Origin: Lama guanicoe
Taxonomy: Eukaryota
Direction: 5' to 3'
Length of the DNA: 64,000 bases
NCBI GenBank assembly: GCA_013239625.1
Contig: MU053934.1
Coordinates: 4,420,399 to 4,484,398, forward strand
Shown here: in pieces, positions 1 to 13,470 of the stretch
How the letters are laid out: each line of letters begins with the position of its first letter
Numbering within the stretch: position 1 is the first letter of the stretch
Notes under the pieces: generated by a model
Seen by the model: the letters and a program-made list of their open reading frames with translations, nothing else
Database searches by the model: none
What the model was told of the DNA's origin: nothing
Made by a program: the position numbers and the translations under genes

Positions 1-1221
1 TCTTAAATCATACAGAGTACATTCTCTGACCATAGCACAAATAAGCCAGAGATCAATAACAAAAAAATAATTTCAAAAGCCCCATATGTTGGGAAATTTA
101 GAAATGTGTTTCTAAATAACAGATGGATCAAAGAAGAAAGCATAATGGAAATTATAAAATATTTGAAACTGAGAATGGAAATATCACATATTAAAAATTG
201 TGGCTACAGCTAAAGCATGACTTAAAGGGGCGTTTATGGCCTTTCGTGCTTATATTAGAAAAGAGAAAAGGCTGAAAATAGTAAGTAAGCTCCCATCTCA
301 AGAGAGTAGAAAAAGAACAGTAAAGTAAACCAAAGAAAATAAAAGTGAGGACAGGATACAGTTAAGAGCAGAAAGTAATGAAAAGGATCAACAAAAGCAA
401 AACTTATTTCTATGAAAACACTAGTTGTACTGACAACCCTCTGGTGAAACTGATCAAGAAAAAAAAGAGAAGGCACAGTCAATCTATATCCAGAATGAAG
501 AGCTTAAAGAGTCTGCAGACCCTAAGAAAAAGAAAAGATAAAAATGAGTAGGAATAACTGTTACAATAGCATTAGCGTTTTAATGAAATGAATAAATTCC
601 TAGAAAAATATACCTTACCAAAACAGACTCAAGAGAAAACTTCACATTGTAACTGATTATACTTTAATTTAAAAAAAGAGAGAAAACCTAAATGAGCACC
701 ATTCCTGGTCATAGTACCAAAGTATTTAACAACCAGGCACTGAATATTCATAACAAGTGCCAGCCTTAGCACTGAGCGGAGTCCAAGAGCCCCCTGGCTA
801 TGCACACATTCTCTCTTCGATCTGTGTGTCATCAGAAGGTCTGGGGAATCTGGGGCAGCCATGGAGGGGTTGTTGCACTTAGTGGGTTGGGAGTGGTGGC
901 TGTGTACCAACAGGTATGAAACTATTTTGGCACATTAGCAATCTGACGTTCCATGGCGCCAGCTGAAAATCAGACCTCCTCACAACCATTAAAGGAATTG
1001 AATTGATCATCAGTAGTGTTCCCACAAAGAAAACTCAGGCCCAGAGGGCTTCATCTATGAGTTATTTAAAGAAGAAATAATTCCAGCTGTGCCCCTAGTT
1101 TTCCACATTTTAGAAAAAGAGGGAATCTTTCCCAATTCTTTTTACAATATAAAAAAGAAAATTGTAGGTCAGTGTCACTCATGAATAGAAATACAGAAAT
1201 CCTAAACAAAACATTAGCAAA
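1..1221 (+). mobile_element. Ancient L1 (L1M) ORF2 fragment, decayed
   Basis: A-rich L1 ORF2-like text (e.g. TTCTAAATAACAGATGGATCAAAGAAGAAA, GGCCCAGAGGGCTTC, CCTAAACAAAACATTAGCAAA) with many stops. Confidence 0.8.
705..975. mobile_element. Old DNA-transposon-like insert within the L1 (Arthur1/hAT-Tip100-like, tentative)
   Basis: A GC-richer block interrupts the L1 text; its ends GTATTTAACAACC and CCAGCTGAAAATCAG resemble recalled hAT-Tip100 termini. Confidence 0.4.
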
Positions 1222-2560
1222 GCTAAGAGTGGAATCACTGGGTTGTAAATGGCAAGTATTTAAGAAACTGTCAAACTGTTCTCTACAATGGCTGGACTAT
1301 TTCCCATTTCCATGAGCATTGTGTGAAGAGTTCCATTGCTCCACAGCCTTGCCAACACTTGATGTCATCAATTTCCATTTTAGCTATTTAGTGCATGTGT
1401 ACTGACAGAGTGTAGAGAATTTGCATTTCTCTAATGACTATAGATACTGAGCATCTTTTCATGTGCTTATTTGCTGTTTGTATATCCTCTTAAGTAAAAT
1501 GTGTTTTCAAACATTTTGTCCATTTTAAAAATCAGGTTGTCTTCTTATTTTTGAGTTATAAGAATTATTTAAATAGCCCAAGTCCTTCACCAGATGTATG
1601 TTTTACAAATATTTCCTCCCAGACTGTGGCTTGTCTTTTAATTTTCTTAATAGTGTCTTTCAAAGAACAAAAGCTTTTGCTTTTAGGTGCATGATCTATT
1701 ATGCATTAATTTTTGTATATGATATGAGGTAAGGATCTGGTTTGTTGTTTTTCCATATGGTTATCCATCTGGTTAACTTCTATAAAAAAAAAAGACTAAT
1801 AAAATTTTATTAAGATTATTTTGAGTCTTTAGTTCAATTTGCAAAGGACTGACATCTTAGCAGTATTGAATTTCCAACCCATGAAAATGTTATAATGCTC
1901 CATTTAACAACATTTAACATTTAATTCTCATATAATTTGTTTCAACAATGTTGACATTTTCAGCAGTGTTCTGTAGTTTCAAGTGTGTAGTTGCTACCCA
2001 TTTTTGTCAGTTATCCCTAAGTGTTTCATGCTATTGTAAGTGGTATTTTAAAATTTCAATTTCCAATTGTTTCATGACTAGTATATATAATTAAATTTAC
2101 TTTTTTAATATTGACCTGTAGCCTACAACATTGTTAAACTCACTTATTAGTTCTGCTAGCTTTTTTCTAAATTCTACCCAGTTTTTTTATGTAGATGATC
2201 ATGTCTATGAATAAGGACAGTTTTCCTTCATTTTCAGTCTGTATGCCTTTCTTTCTCTTGCCTTATTGCGCTAAGCTCTCCAGTATGATGTTGACTAGAA
2301 ACACCAAGAGAGGACATCTTTACCTTTCCCCTGATCTTAGGGAGAAAGCGCTCAGATTTTTTTTAACGGAATTGATGATATTAGCTACCGATTTTTTTTG
2401 GAGACATCCTTTATTAGATTGGGAAAGTTTACTTCTCCTCCTAGGTTGCTGAGAATTTTTTATTATTACAGTATTGAATTTTGTCAAATGCTTTTCCTGC
2501 ATCTATTGGGATGATTGTATGGTTTTCCTTTTTAAGTTAATTAACAGGGTGAATTAACAT
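1222..2560 (-). mobile_element. Ancient L1 ORF2/3' fragment, antisense
   Basis: T-rich reverse-complement L1 text (TTGCATTTCTCTAATGACT, GAGCATCTTTTCATGTGCTTATTTG, AAATGCTTTTCCTGCATCTATTG). Confidence 0.85.
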
Positions 2561-3009
2561 TTAATTTTTAACTCATTATGAATATAAATATATTTTTAAT
2601 TTTGATTGGTAAATATAAAAATATGAATTCTAAGGCCCTGAGGGGTGTCCCAGATCTTCTTTCTGACTCACTTCCCACCCATCTCTCAGTTCCTTCCTCT
2701 TCTCCCAACCCCTGTGATCACCACCACCACCACCCTTCCTCAGTCCCAGAGCGGCCACCAGCACCTCTCACCTTAGTCCCTGCCACCTCTTTCATCTGGT
2801 ACTTGTAGCCAGAGTGACCACATCATTCCTTACTAACCACCTGTGATATCATGACTGTCATAAGAAATATATATTTGGTTTCCCCATTTCTGACACAGAG
2901 CTCCTAAAACCCTTGGAATTTCCTGAGTGATAAAAGTGATAAAGGCGTCTTGATATGCATAACAAACCCCTTTCAACCACATCTGAGTTTATGTTAATAG
3001 CGATTTTTG

Positions 3010-3641
3010 AATTAAACTTAAAAGCTATTGTACAGCAAAGGAAACCATAAAACAAAATGAAAAGACAACCTACGGAATGGGAGAAAATATTTGCAAATGA
3101 TGTAACCAATGAGGGATTAATTTCCAAAATATACAAACAGCTTATACAGCTCAATATCAGAAAAAAACAAACAACCCAATCCAAAAATGGGCAGAAGACC
3201 TAAATAAACATTTTTCCAAAGAAGACATGTAGATGGCCAACAGGCACATGAAAAGATGCTCAACATCGCTGTTTATCAGAGAAATGTAAATCAAAACTAT
3301 ATTAAGTTATCACCTCACACTGGTCAAAATGGCCACCATCAGTCTACAAATGATAAATGCTGGAGAGGGTGTGGAGAAAAGGGAACCCTCCTACACTGTT
3401 CGTGGGAATGTAAATCAGTGCAGCCACTATGGGAAACATTATTGAAAGTTCTTAAAAAAACTAAACATAGACTTACCTTATGATCCAGCAATCCCACTCC
3501 TGGGCATACATCGGGAAAAGACAAAAACTTCAATTCTAAAACATACATGCACCCCAGTGTTCATAAGCAGGATTATTTAAAATAGCCAAGACATGGAAGC
3601 AACCTAAATGTCTATCAACAGATAAATGGATAGAGAAGATG

Positions 3642-3688
<47 letters not shown>

Positions 3689-4149
3689 GGAATACCACTC
3701 AGCCATAAAAAAGAATGAAATGTTGCCATTTGCAAAAACATGGATGGACCTAGAGATTATCCTATTAAGTGAAGTAAAATCAGACAGAGAAAGACAAATA
3801 TCGTATGATATCACTTATATGTGGAATCTAAAAAAAATGATACAAATGAACTTATTTACAAAACAGAAAGAAACTCACAGACATAGAAAACAAATTTATG
3901 GTTACCAAAGGGGAAAGTGGGGAGGAATAAATTAGGAATCTGAGATTAACAGATACATGCTACTATATATAAAATAGGTAAACAACAATGACCTATTGTA
4001 TAGCACAAGGAACTACATTCAATATCTTATAATAACCTGTAATGGAAAAGACTCTGAAAAAGAATATATATATTGATAACTGAATCACTTTGCTGTACAC
4101 CTGAAACTAACACAACAATGTAAATCAATTATATTTCAATTTTAAAAAT
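3010..4149 (+). mobile_element. 5'-truncated cetartiodactyl-type L1 (ORF2 end plus 3' UTR) with an internal (CA)n
   Basis: ORF2 C-terminal remnant (YHSAIKKNEMLPFAKTWMDLEIILLSEV) and the L1 3' UTR motif TGAATCACTTTGCTGTACACCTGAAACTAACACAACA. Confidence 0.9.
3644..3686. repeat. (CA)n microsatellite
   Basis: About 21 uninterrupted CA units. Confidence 0.95.
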
Positions 4150-4884
4150 ACTACTACTAAGGTGAATTTTGGAAAGCAACCAAGGATGGGAACTGGTTTC
4201 CAGGGGAACCAACCAGATGGTTAGAGAGTTTGAGCTTTCAGCTCCAAGGAGGGGAGAAGGGATGAAGTTTGAATCAATAGTCAGTGGCTGATGATTTAAT
4301 CAATTGTGCCTATTTAATGAAGCCTCCATAAACCCCCAAAAGGATGAGGTTCAGAGAGCTTCTGGATTGGTGAACATTTGGGGGTCTTAGGAGAATGGTT
4401 CACCCAGAAGGAGAATGGTTCACTCATACCGAGCATGGAAGCACCCCACCCCTTCCCTATACCTTGCCCTCTGCATCTCTTCCATCTGGCTGTTCTTGAG
4501 TTATATCCTTTTATAATAATCCGGTTATCTAGTATGTAAACTGTTTTCCTTAGTTCCATGAGCAAATTAATCAACCCGAGAAAGAGGCAGGAAGAGGTTG
4601 TGGGAATTTTCGATTTATAGCTGGTGGCGCAGAAGCACAGGTGACAACCTAAACTTATGGTTGGCTTCTGAAGTGGGGGATGGGGCAGGCATGGCAGTCT
4701 TGTGGGACTGAGCCCTTAACCTATGGGATCTGACACTATCTCCAGGTAGAATTCAGTTGTTTGGTGGTGAAAAAACACACATCAGACCACCACTCATTGG
4801 CTCTCAGCTCAAGGCCTCCATACTCTTCCTATGCTGTTCCCTTCATGACTTTTTTCCCCATCCCTCTTCCTTTTGTTGTGTGTG

Positions 4885-4980
4885 GGGGGCAGGTAACTAG
4901 GGTTTTTGTTGTTTTTTTTTAAACCCAGGACCCACTGCATGCTAAGCATGAGCTCTACCACTGAGCTATACCCTCCCCCC
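4885..4980 (-). mobile_element. tRNA-derived SINE (camelid Vic-type)
   Basis: Reverse complement reads GGGGAGGGTATAGCTCAGTGGTAGAGCTCATGCTTAGCATGCAGTGGGTCCTGGGTTT, with pol III A/B boxes and an A-rich tail. Confidence 0.85.
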
Positions 4981-5195
4981 ATCCCTCTTCTGATTACTAA
5001 GGACCTCTACTATCTGAGAGAGACTGGCCTTCAGCAAGGCATGGAGAAGAGGGCAGTGAATGGGGGCTACGCAGAAAGAGGTGGGAAGGCTGTTAAACGG
5101 TCAGCACGGATTGGCACAATAATTGCAGAGGAATGGCTACAAAATATGGAGTGTCCAGAGTTCTCTTAAACCCTGGAGGACAGTGGGATGAGCTC

Positions 5196-5214
5196 TGACC
5201 ACCAGGTGGCGCCA
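5196..5214 (+). promoter_or_regulatory. CTCF-binding motif
   Basis: TGACCACCAGGTGGCGCCA matches the CTCF core CCASYAGRKGGCRS exactly, in unique sequence with a retained CpG. Confidence 0.7.
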
Positions 5215-8200
5215 GGCTCCCAGGCGTCTGGCTGCCCAGCCCATGCTCCCCAACCTCCCTCTTATTAGGATGGAACCCTAGCAGACCAGAGCCAGAAACT
5301 GCAGGACCCACAGCAGCAACGCCAAGAGAGTTCCTCTAGGCTGGCCCTTGGTGTCAGTTCAGGTTTTCAGGGGATCCTGCCCCATCTGCTTTTCTGTGCC
5401 TGAGATTCCACCCCCTGGAGATGGGATGCCTGCTCTATGCTGCAAAACCCCCCAGGGAGGAGCACCCAGGGATGGTGGGTGTGTCACAAGAACAATGGAA
5501 GAGAATGGGACCTGGATCTAGGAGACCTGGGCTCAAGTCCCCACTCTGACACTTACTGGCCATGTGACGGGGACTCTAAGGCTGGGTCTTGCTCTGTGCA
5601 GGCTCATTCTGAGGGCTTCACATATGTTACTCCATTAATCCCTTCACTGCCCTAGGATGTAGGAACCACTGTTAGCCCCATTTTAGAGATGAGGGAACTG
5701 AGGCACAGAGGAGCTAAGCAGCTAGCTAAAGATTACACAGCTCAGAGCAGGATCCTGCTGGGGAGGGATAAAATGAGGATGCAATGCCTGGGGCTGGGAG
5801 GAGAGAAGAGAGTGGATGCAGACGCCCCAGAAAGAGGGTCCAGGCTGGCAGGGGAAGCCAACCAGACTGAGGAGGAGCTGCTGAGGAGTCAGAGGAGAAT
5901 GGCAGAGGGGGCACCTTGGAGCCAAGTGGAGACATGGAAGATACTGAAGGCTGATGAGAGATGTGTGACTTTGAAGGAGAAGTGATGTGGATAAAAGGAG
6001 AAGGGGGTGGAGGGTCAGCTGGGACCTGGGGGTCAAATGGCTTGTCTGTTTCAGAGCAGACACCTGAGGCTGAGTCTGGGTTGTGGGCGGAGAACCAATG
6101 GAGACATGGTGGCTGGTGGAAGGGGAGGAGCTGATGATTCTGGAAGTCAGGAGAGAGGAGCAGCACTGGGAGCACTTCCTGGGTGCAGGTGCAGCGCCCC
6201 CCCCCCACCGGGTGATGTCCTGTGTTCTCCATGCTTCCAGCTCTCATTCTACGAGGAGCACACTGAGACCTTCAAAGGCTAAGTGACTCACTGAGAAACC
6301 CAGGCCGTGCCCTCTCCCCCAGGGCCCAGAGCCACTCAGGAGGCTCCTGCTGTGTGTGTGCCAAGCCCTGGCCCAGTCCGGGGAGGGAGACCCACAAAGC
6401 CAGAGCCAAGGGTTTGACCTCACGATGACTGTGACCAAGGCCAGGAGACAGAGCCTGAGGGGACTGTCCTAACCTGTCGGTCAGACAGTTTCCCACTTTC
6501 TCTGCTTTCTTCTCTGCCTGTTCCCCTGTGTCCTGAGGGCCAGGGTGGGCACAGAACCGGGAAGTGGAGCCCTCCCAGGGATCCCCAGTTAGAAATGGGG
6601 ATGAGCTCTAGGTGCTTACAACCTGCTCAGTGCTATGCTGCCTTCATAGGTATGTTAATACGTTAACTCTCTGGGTCCTCCAGCATCCCAGGAGGTCCAT
6701 GCTGTTCCAACCCTCTTCTTGCAGGTGGGAAACCACACAAAGACATTGAGCATCTTGCTCAAGTCGTCCAGCTAGCAATAATGGACCCAGAACATTGCCA
6801 CACTGCAGACCACCTCCCATGCTGTGTTGTTAAAATCCCTCACCATTGAGTCTATCTGATGTGGCCATGGAGCCAGGACTGAGCCCAGAAGGTCCAGGTG
6901 CCAACTCACACTCTTAAGCATTAGGCCAACCGACTGCCTCTCCCTAGAATGAGAGCCCTTATTTCACAGAAGAGGAAACTGAGGCTCGAAGAGGGGAACA
7001 ATTTGACAGAAACCCCGCCTCTGGTGTATAACAGGACTCTGGTCTGATGGCTCCAAGGCCAGTGCCCCTTCCTCAGCCATTTGTGATGATTCTTTGTCAC
7101 TTCCTGTCCTAGGAGCCCTGCCCTATCCCCGTAGGGCCTCCGGGGGCCCCTCCCTTCACCTTCAGCTCCCTCTCCCTCCCTGGCTCCCGGCACAAACCGC
7201 CCACAGACTGTATCCCCTTTCCTGCAGTCCATTCAACAGCCCCCGGGAGGATTTCCACCAGGGCCTGGGCAGATGCACGAGGGCACCGGATGAGGAGGCA
7301 GGAGGACAGGTGTGGGCGGGCAAGTCTTTTCCGGGTCCCACCTGAGGCCCTCAGGTGCAGCTCCAAACCCCAGATGCTGCGTTTGGGGCTTGGCTTCCGG
7401 CTGAGCAGGCCCAGGGCCCAAAGGCCAGGGGCTGAGACTGAGCTTCATTTCCTCCAGGGACCTGATTGCACCTGTTCCTGCCTCTCGCCACATCTGCTTC
7501 TCCTTCCCCCTCACCGAGCCCCGGTCTCTGTTCCTTTTCCTGTGGGACACCCCGCAGTTATCCGATCTCTTCTCAGGTGCCCCTCCTCCCCTCCTCCCTC
7601 TCAGCCTTCCTTTCCCCCAGTGGGGCCTGGGCAGCCTCCCTGCTCTCCATGGTGTCCACCTGGCTCCACTTCCGCAGCGCCTCACTGAGGCTGGAGGTGG
7701 GAGAGCTCTGAGGGGCCTGGGGCTTCCTCCACCACCCGTCAGTCTAAGGCTGGGAAAACTGGGGCCACTAACCCAGGAGCTCCTCAGAGGCATGACTGGG
7801 GCTTGATCATCTATGTGCCCCCAAGTCCCAGCATGGAGCCAGCTCAGGGCAAATATTGCAGTGCGGCATGCTTGAGATGACAGATGGAGTCAGTTGGGCT
7901 GGGGCTGTGCAGACTGGGCAAGTCTCTCAACCTCTCTGAGCTCCATTTTCTCACTTTTAAACTGGGAAGAATGAAGCCTACTTCATAGGGTTGCAGTGAG
8001 AATTAATAAAAACTATGTATGCAAAATAAATATCTCCGTATAAGGTGGTTCTCTCTCATTCAATCAACAAATGCTGACTGAACACCTATTGTGCATCATT
8101 CTTATTGAGTCCTCATCTCTCCAGAGAGATCTCTCTAAATTATCCAACTGCCTATGCCTGGAGTATCAGGCCTTGACTCCTGAGTGTGACCCTCAAATCA

Positions 8201-10879
8201 TCCGTGATCTGACTCCAAACTCTCCACCGCTTTGGGTCTCCCCTTATTTTGTTCCACTGCAGTCCCATGGGCCCAATTCCCTGCCCAGAACACACCTCCG
8301 GGCTTCCTATACCCTTGGGTAGAACAGCTACCCCTTTCATCACTGTCAAGCAAACTCCTACTAGGTTTTTCTGGTCTGTTTCCTCTGTGTGGCCTCCCTG
8401 CCTGCCTGGGGAGGCTCTGAACCTTGGTCAGCCTCCTCACTTAAGACGTCCGTCAAGCCCCAGCCCTAGTCCTGCCCTGCCTCCTTCTGTCACTAGCACA
8501 GGCAGGTGCTGGAGCAATTATTGCAGAGGATGATCTGCACTCTGCCACCATCCAGCCAGTGTCACTCATCTTCATCACTTTCCCAAGGACTTGGATGGTG
8601 GCCCCCTCTGCCCCAGAGCCTTAGCTTTGTCTGAGGTCCTGGTCCCCTTCTAGGTAACGTGGAGAGTGCCTCCAGCTGCCCTCCGGAACTGCAAGCTCTC
8701 CCCTACAGTCAGGGCACAGGCGCCAGCCTGGCACAGACTAGACCGTATCATCCAGACAGATGGCTTCACCACAGCCCTCAGCTGGTGGGAGGGAGGGAGC
8801 CTTGAGGATCCTGCACTGCACCAGCCTCGGGCTCAATCCCCTCTACAAGATCCCACCAAGTCTCCACAACCTCTGTTTGCCCACCTCCGCTGACCAGGAG
8901 CTCGCTCCCTCACAAGGCATCTTGTCCACTTCTGACTCTTAGTTCAACCTGAGCTGAAGATTGCCTCCATGGAACTTCCGCCTGATCCATTCATTCTTTC
9001 ACTAGTTCATTCAACACGCAAGGAGCGCCTGCTGTGTGCCTGCTGATACGCCAACTCATTTAAACTTCATAACCCCTCGGTCAGGTGGGAAGGATGATGC
9101 TGACAATGGTGATGCTGGTGATGCTGGTGATGCTGGAAACAGAGTGCCAGAGAGATCATCACTGCGCAGAAGCTCACAGCCGGCAGCAGTGGGGCTAGGG
9201 GTTGAGTTTCCACCTGAGCGCCCCGAAGCCTCTGCCCTTAACTCCCCAAATCCAGATGCTGCCCCGTGCAGGACCGAGAGAGTAATATCCGGTGGAGAGA
9301 CTAGCCCATCTGGTCCCCAGAATTTGGGGGGCTCAGCAGAGGAGCCACTGGGAAGGACCCCTCTTCCCCGGCCAGGAGCCTTCTTCTGAGAAGGAAGTAT
9401 TGTTTAACAGACATTGTGTTGCGAGGGGAAACACGGGGTCCTTGGAGCTCAGCCAGGCTCCTGCCTTCAGGCTGTTTGGCTTTGTTTGTTTTTTCGACCT
9501 TTTTTTTCTTCCTTTTTCTTTGGGCTAATTGTTCTCATTAAATCTTTTTGTCCTGTTTTGTTTTTTACGGGGCTGACAATGCTGCACGGTGCTCAGCGCC
9601 GCTTCCTGTGTTTCTGCCGCGGCTCAGGCCTCCGTGGGGCCTGGCTTCCTGTTGTGAGCTGTTGCCATGGAGACCCGAGGCCCGGTGGGCTCCATGAGGG
9701 TGGGGAGGGGGTGACATGGTTGACATCACCGGGTGAGGAGGCAAGGGGCCGGGGTCTGCGGGGGGTGAACGGGGGCCGGGCAGGCAGTGGCTGGAGCCTG
9801 GCGCATTGCTGAGGGGTGACTCACAGCCTGGGAAGGGGAAGAATGCCCTCGCATTCTTTCGGGAGGTAAACAAGGTCAGGGAGTGCGGCTGGGATCCTGT
9901 TTACCTGACCCTGGCCCCTTGGGGGACCAGGAGCCAGTGCAGGACAACACACTGGAATAGACCCAGCCAGACCTCTGGGGCTGAGGGACCAACGGGAAGG
10001 CCAGGGCAAGGTGAGGGGCTGCCAGCTCCAGCCCAGGCCCCCTTGGTGACAGCGGGGGGGGGGGGGCCAGGGATTCAAATCACAGCTCTGCTAGGTGACA
10101 ACTCTGTGACTTCAAGCAGGTCCCCTGGCCCCCTGAGCCTTGATTACTCTACTTCTGATGGGTCAGTCCCCCTGTGTAGGTGGCCCCTTGTTCTCCCATC
10201 ACCCAGGGCCTGGGTCTGGGCAGCCTCTGAGGCACAGTCCAAGGTTCTGTAGTCCTCCCTGTCCCTATCTACCAACAGGGCCTGGTCCAGGTCAGGGGAT
10301 GGGAAAGCTACACCTGAACTGGCCAGGGTGATGCCCCAGAGGCACCACCTAGCCAAGGGGCTGGAGTGAGCTGGCCTCAGGAGGGAGGAGATGGGTGCAC
10401 GGCCTGGGGAAGGAAGGGAGGTGGCATCTCTACAGTCACAGGCTGGAGCCTGGTGCAATGCATGCTCCCTCACCCCTGCATCTCCCTCCAGCCTTCCCAG
10501 AACCCTACCTCCTGTCCCTGTCCCCCCGGCAATAGCCCCTGTGCCCATCACCAGGCTCCAGAAAGAGCTCTTCCTAGAGCCAGTAGCCTGTACCCTGGTC
10601 AAACTCTGGGAGTCCCTGATGCGGGAACCCTGCAAAAATGGCCAGGAAGGGGCTTTAGCTGAGCCTCTAGCCCTTGTATCTTGGAGACAAACCTCCCGCC
10701 TTGACCCTGTGCCAACTGCAAAACAGACCAGCCGCCTGCCAACATGAAGGGGCTGCCTGTCTGCAGCCCCCCTCATCCTCTGCAGGTGCCATGGGGGCAT
10801 GGGGAGACGGCCCCCAGTGGCCACAGTGTAGATGAGGCCACTCGGCCTAGTGGCTGAGAGCGAGGGCCTTGGCATCAGA

Positions 10880-11050
10880 GCCGCCCAGATCTAGCCTGGC
10901 TTTGCCACTTTGCCAACTGGTGCCCTCAGGCACGTTCCTTAGCCCCTTTGAACCTTGATTTCCTGATCTGTGAAACAGAATCTACCAGGGTTGCTGTGAG
11001 ATTAAGTGAAGTGATGCACACGAAGCATTTAGCACATAGTAGGTACTCAA
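10880..11050 (+). mobile_element. MIR SINE (representative; more MIR fragments near 5500-5750, 7900-8020, 46990-47160, 47790-48120, 49330-49450, 52540-52770, 52970-53130, 56120-56260, 58370-58530)
   Basis: MIR core text TTTCCTGATCTGTGAAACAG...GGTTGCTGTGAGATTAAGTGA...GCACATAGTAGGTACTCAA. Confidence 0.75.
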
Positions 11051-13470
11051 CACACGCAGAACCTGCATAGATCCATGGCGTCCTCCCCAGCAGTGCCAGA
11101 CTCCCAGGCTCCCCTGTATGGAGCGCCCATCCCAGGGCAGGAGGGGTGCCTACAACATGCCCTGTGGTTTTCCCATAAAGGGGCTGGACTTGGGCTTCCC
11201 TGGACAGGGAATATCCTGTTCTCGGAGTGGGGGGAGGAAGAGGAGCGGGAAGGACACAGCCGCTCCGCATTCCTGGCATTCTTGGCGGCAGCCCTTCCAG
11301 CTGCCTGGAGCTGCCGCTGCCGGGGGGGCGCTGGCCCTGTGCCACGCTGTCCTGGCATGGCAGACCAGCATCCCACTTGGGGTGCCCCTTGGACTTGGGG
11401 TAATAGGGAACTCCTTTTGTACCAATACCACTCACCCCAGGCTACCACAGAAGCAGAAAAACCCCAACGTTGGAAGGAGAGGTTTGGGGGGCCTGGGAGC
11501 AATCATTCAATAGAGGAGGGGTTTCTGCTCTCAGTTCAGTGTTGTGGGACTCCCTAGCCTGTCTCCCATCCCCAGGGAAGCTCTGGAGAATGACCAGGGG
11601 ACAGGGCTGTCTGGGTGGGGGGAGGAGAGAGAGGCAGATTCTAGTGTTTAGTGCCAGGGACAGTTGCTTTCCCTTTATGGGACTCAGTTTCTCCATCTGC
11701 AAAATGGGATGGTTGTCTCCCACCTTTGGGTAATCTCAGCATTGCTACACTGTGGTGTCACAGTCTAGTAATTACCTCTTTGCAGAGTCTCTTCCCCTGA
11801 CCAGGGGCAGAAACCCAGCCCTTCTCTGCACTGAGGCTGCCCCAGTGCAGGTCATGATGATTTCCACTGTTGATGTAGGGCCAGCTCCCTCCGCAGAAAT
11901 GGTCTGCAGACCTCAGATTCAGGGAGGAGCTGGAAACAATGCAGTCCCAGGGTGGTCAGGCTCGGGAGCCTCTTGCCTGGATGTGTCTTGAGGGTCCTGG
12001 GAGGGAAATGACTTGTCCAAGATCTCACAGGTAGCCAGGTTGTGCTGACTCTGGACCCCACACATTTGCTGTTCCTCCCCCAAAACTGCCCAGAGCTGAG
12101 TTCATTCTCTGCATGTTTTTCTGCAAATGGCCTCTGGTTTCAGACCCATGAGAGCTAAAGCCGTCTAGGAAGGAGCCAAGACAGGGAAGCTCCCCAGGGA
12201 TCTGTCTCAGAAACCTCCTCTCCTCAGGAGACCATGCCTGCGAGCAGGTGACCCCAGACACTGGCCCTTGCACCTCTCTCTGAGTTGCCCTCTGCACTCG
12301 GGGAACCCTGAGGGATGCTGGGTGGGGAGGGGCAGGTGGGGCTGAGCTGGAGTAGGCACATCTGGGGTCAAGTTTGGGGCCCCAGTGTCTGGACGCCCTC
12401 CCTCTCTCCTCCCCTGCAGCTCAGCCCCACCCCCCCCCAAGCCCTTCTGGCCCATCCTAGAGACTTTCTGGAGAAGTCTACTCTCCACACTGCTTCACGC
12501 AGTTCAAGAGCTCATCCTGGCTCTGGGGACAGAGACCAGGGGAAACTGTCCAGGCCACATGGGGAGGCAGAAAAGGCTCTTTGCCCGAGTCAGGAGACCC
12601 AAGAGGTCACAAGCCCTGGACCTCAGCACCTGTATTGACCATTGGAAGGCAGAACCCGTGGTCCCAGGATTCTGAGGTTCAAGTTTGCTGTTCTGTGACC
12701 ATTGCCTCCTCCTGTGTGCCTCTGAGAGGATTAAGCAGAGGAAGCCCCAGTCTTTCACCTGTTCTTGTCTGGGGCTTTCCTGGCAGAGTACAGCCTGGGC
12801 CCCGCGGCCAACAATCCCGTCTTCCCCATCACCTGATCCCCCTGAAAACCTGGACAACCCAAAGCCATTGGCTCAACTTCCCCTGACCCCACTCTGCCTC
12901 CTGACAGTTTTCTCTGTCCTGTCTGTCCCATCATCTGTCTGTCTGAGGGATAGTAAGAGGAAAAGGCTGGAACCCCTCCCTGCTGGTCCACATGAGCAGT
13001 GCACTGGTCACCCTGTGCTGGAAATCACCTCCATTGTGGAGATCGGGAGCCATGGGTGTGTGGGGCTGGGTGTTTGCCACACAGTGTGTTGTCAGGCCTT
13101 GGGGGTGTGTGAGTGTTGGGTTGTGTAAGTGTGTAGAGGACAGGGGGACAGTGTGTGTGTCATGATCATTTGTATGTGAAATATATCCTGAGAAACTGAC
13201 ACAGCAGAATATTAAGCAGTCTTTAAATATGATATCTTTGGGAATCATATGACATAGTGATGACATAAGAAATGGTCCCAATATTAGATTTAATAGAAGA
13301 AAAATTGTGTGCCCAGAAGAGAAAGTTGAAGTGAATACGTCAGATGCTAATAACAATTATCTCTGGATTGCTAAATTGTGAGTAATCTTGTCTTTCTTTT
13401 CTATCCTTGCATAATTTCAATGTTTTCTGCAATGAGCACGTGTTAGATTAATAATCAGAAAGAGGAGAAT

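Larger units (their letters stand above)
2842..4784. mobile_element. MER21-like ERVL LTR split by a younger L1
   Basis: Starts TGTGATATC...AAGAAATATATATTTGG...GACACAGAGCTCCTAAAACCCTTGGAATTTCCTGAGTGATA, breaks at ~3000, and resumes at ~4160 (GGTGA...GGAACCAACCAG...GAGAGCTTCTGGATTGGTGAACA). Confidence 0.75.

Noticed and set aside
9108..9136. (GGTGATGCT)x3 tandem repeat
   Set aside because: A short slippage repeat within a MIR-like relic, with no coding context.
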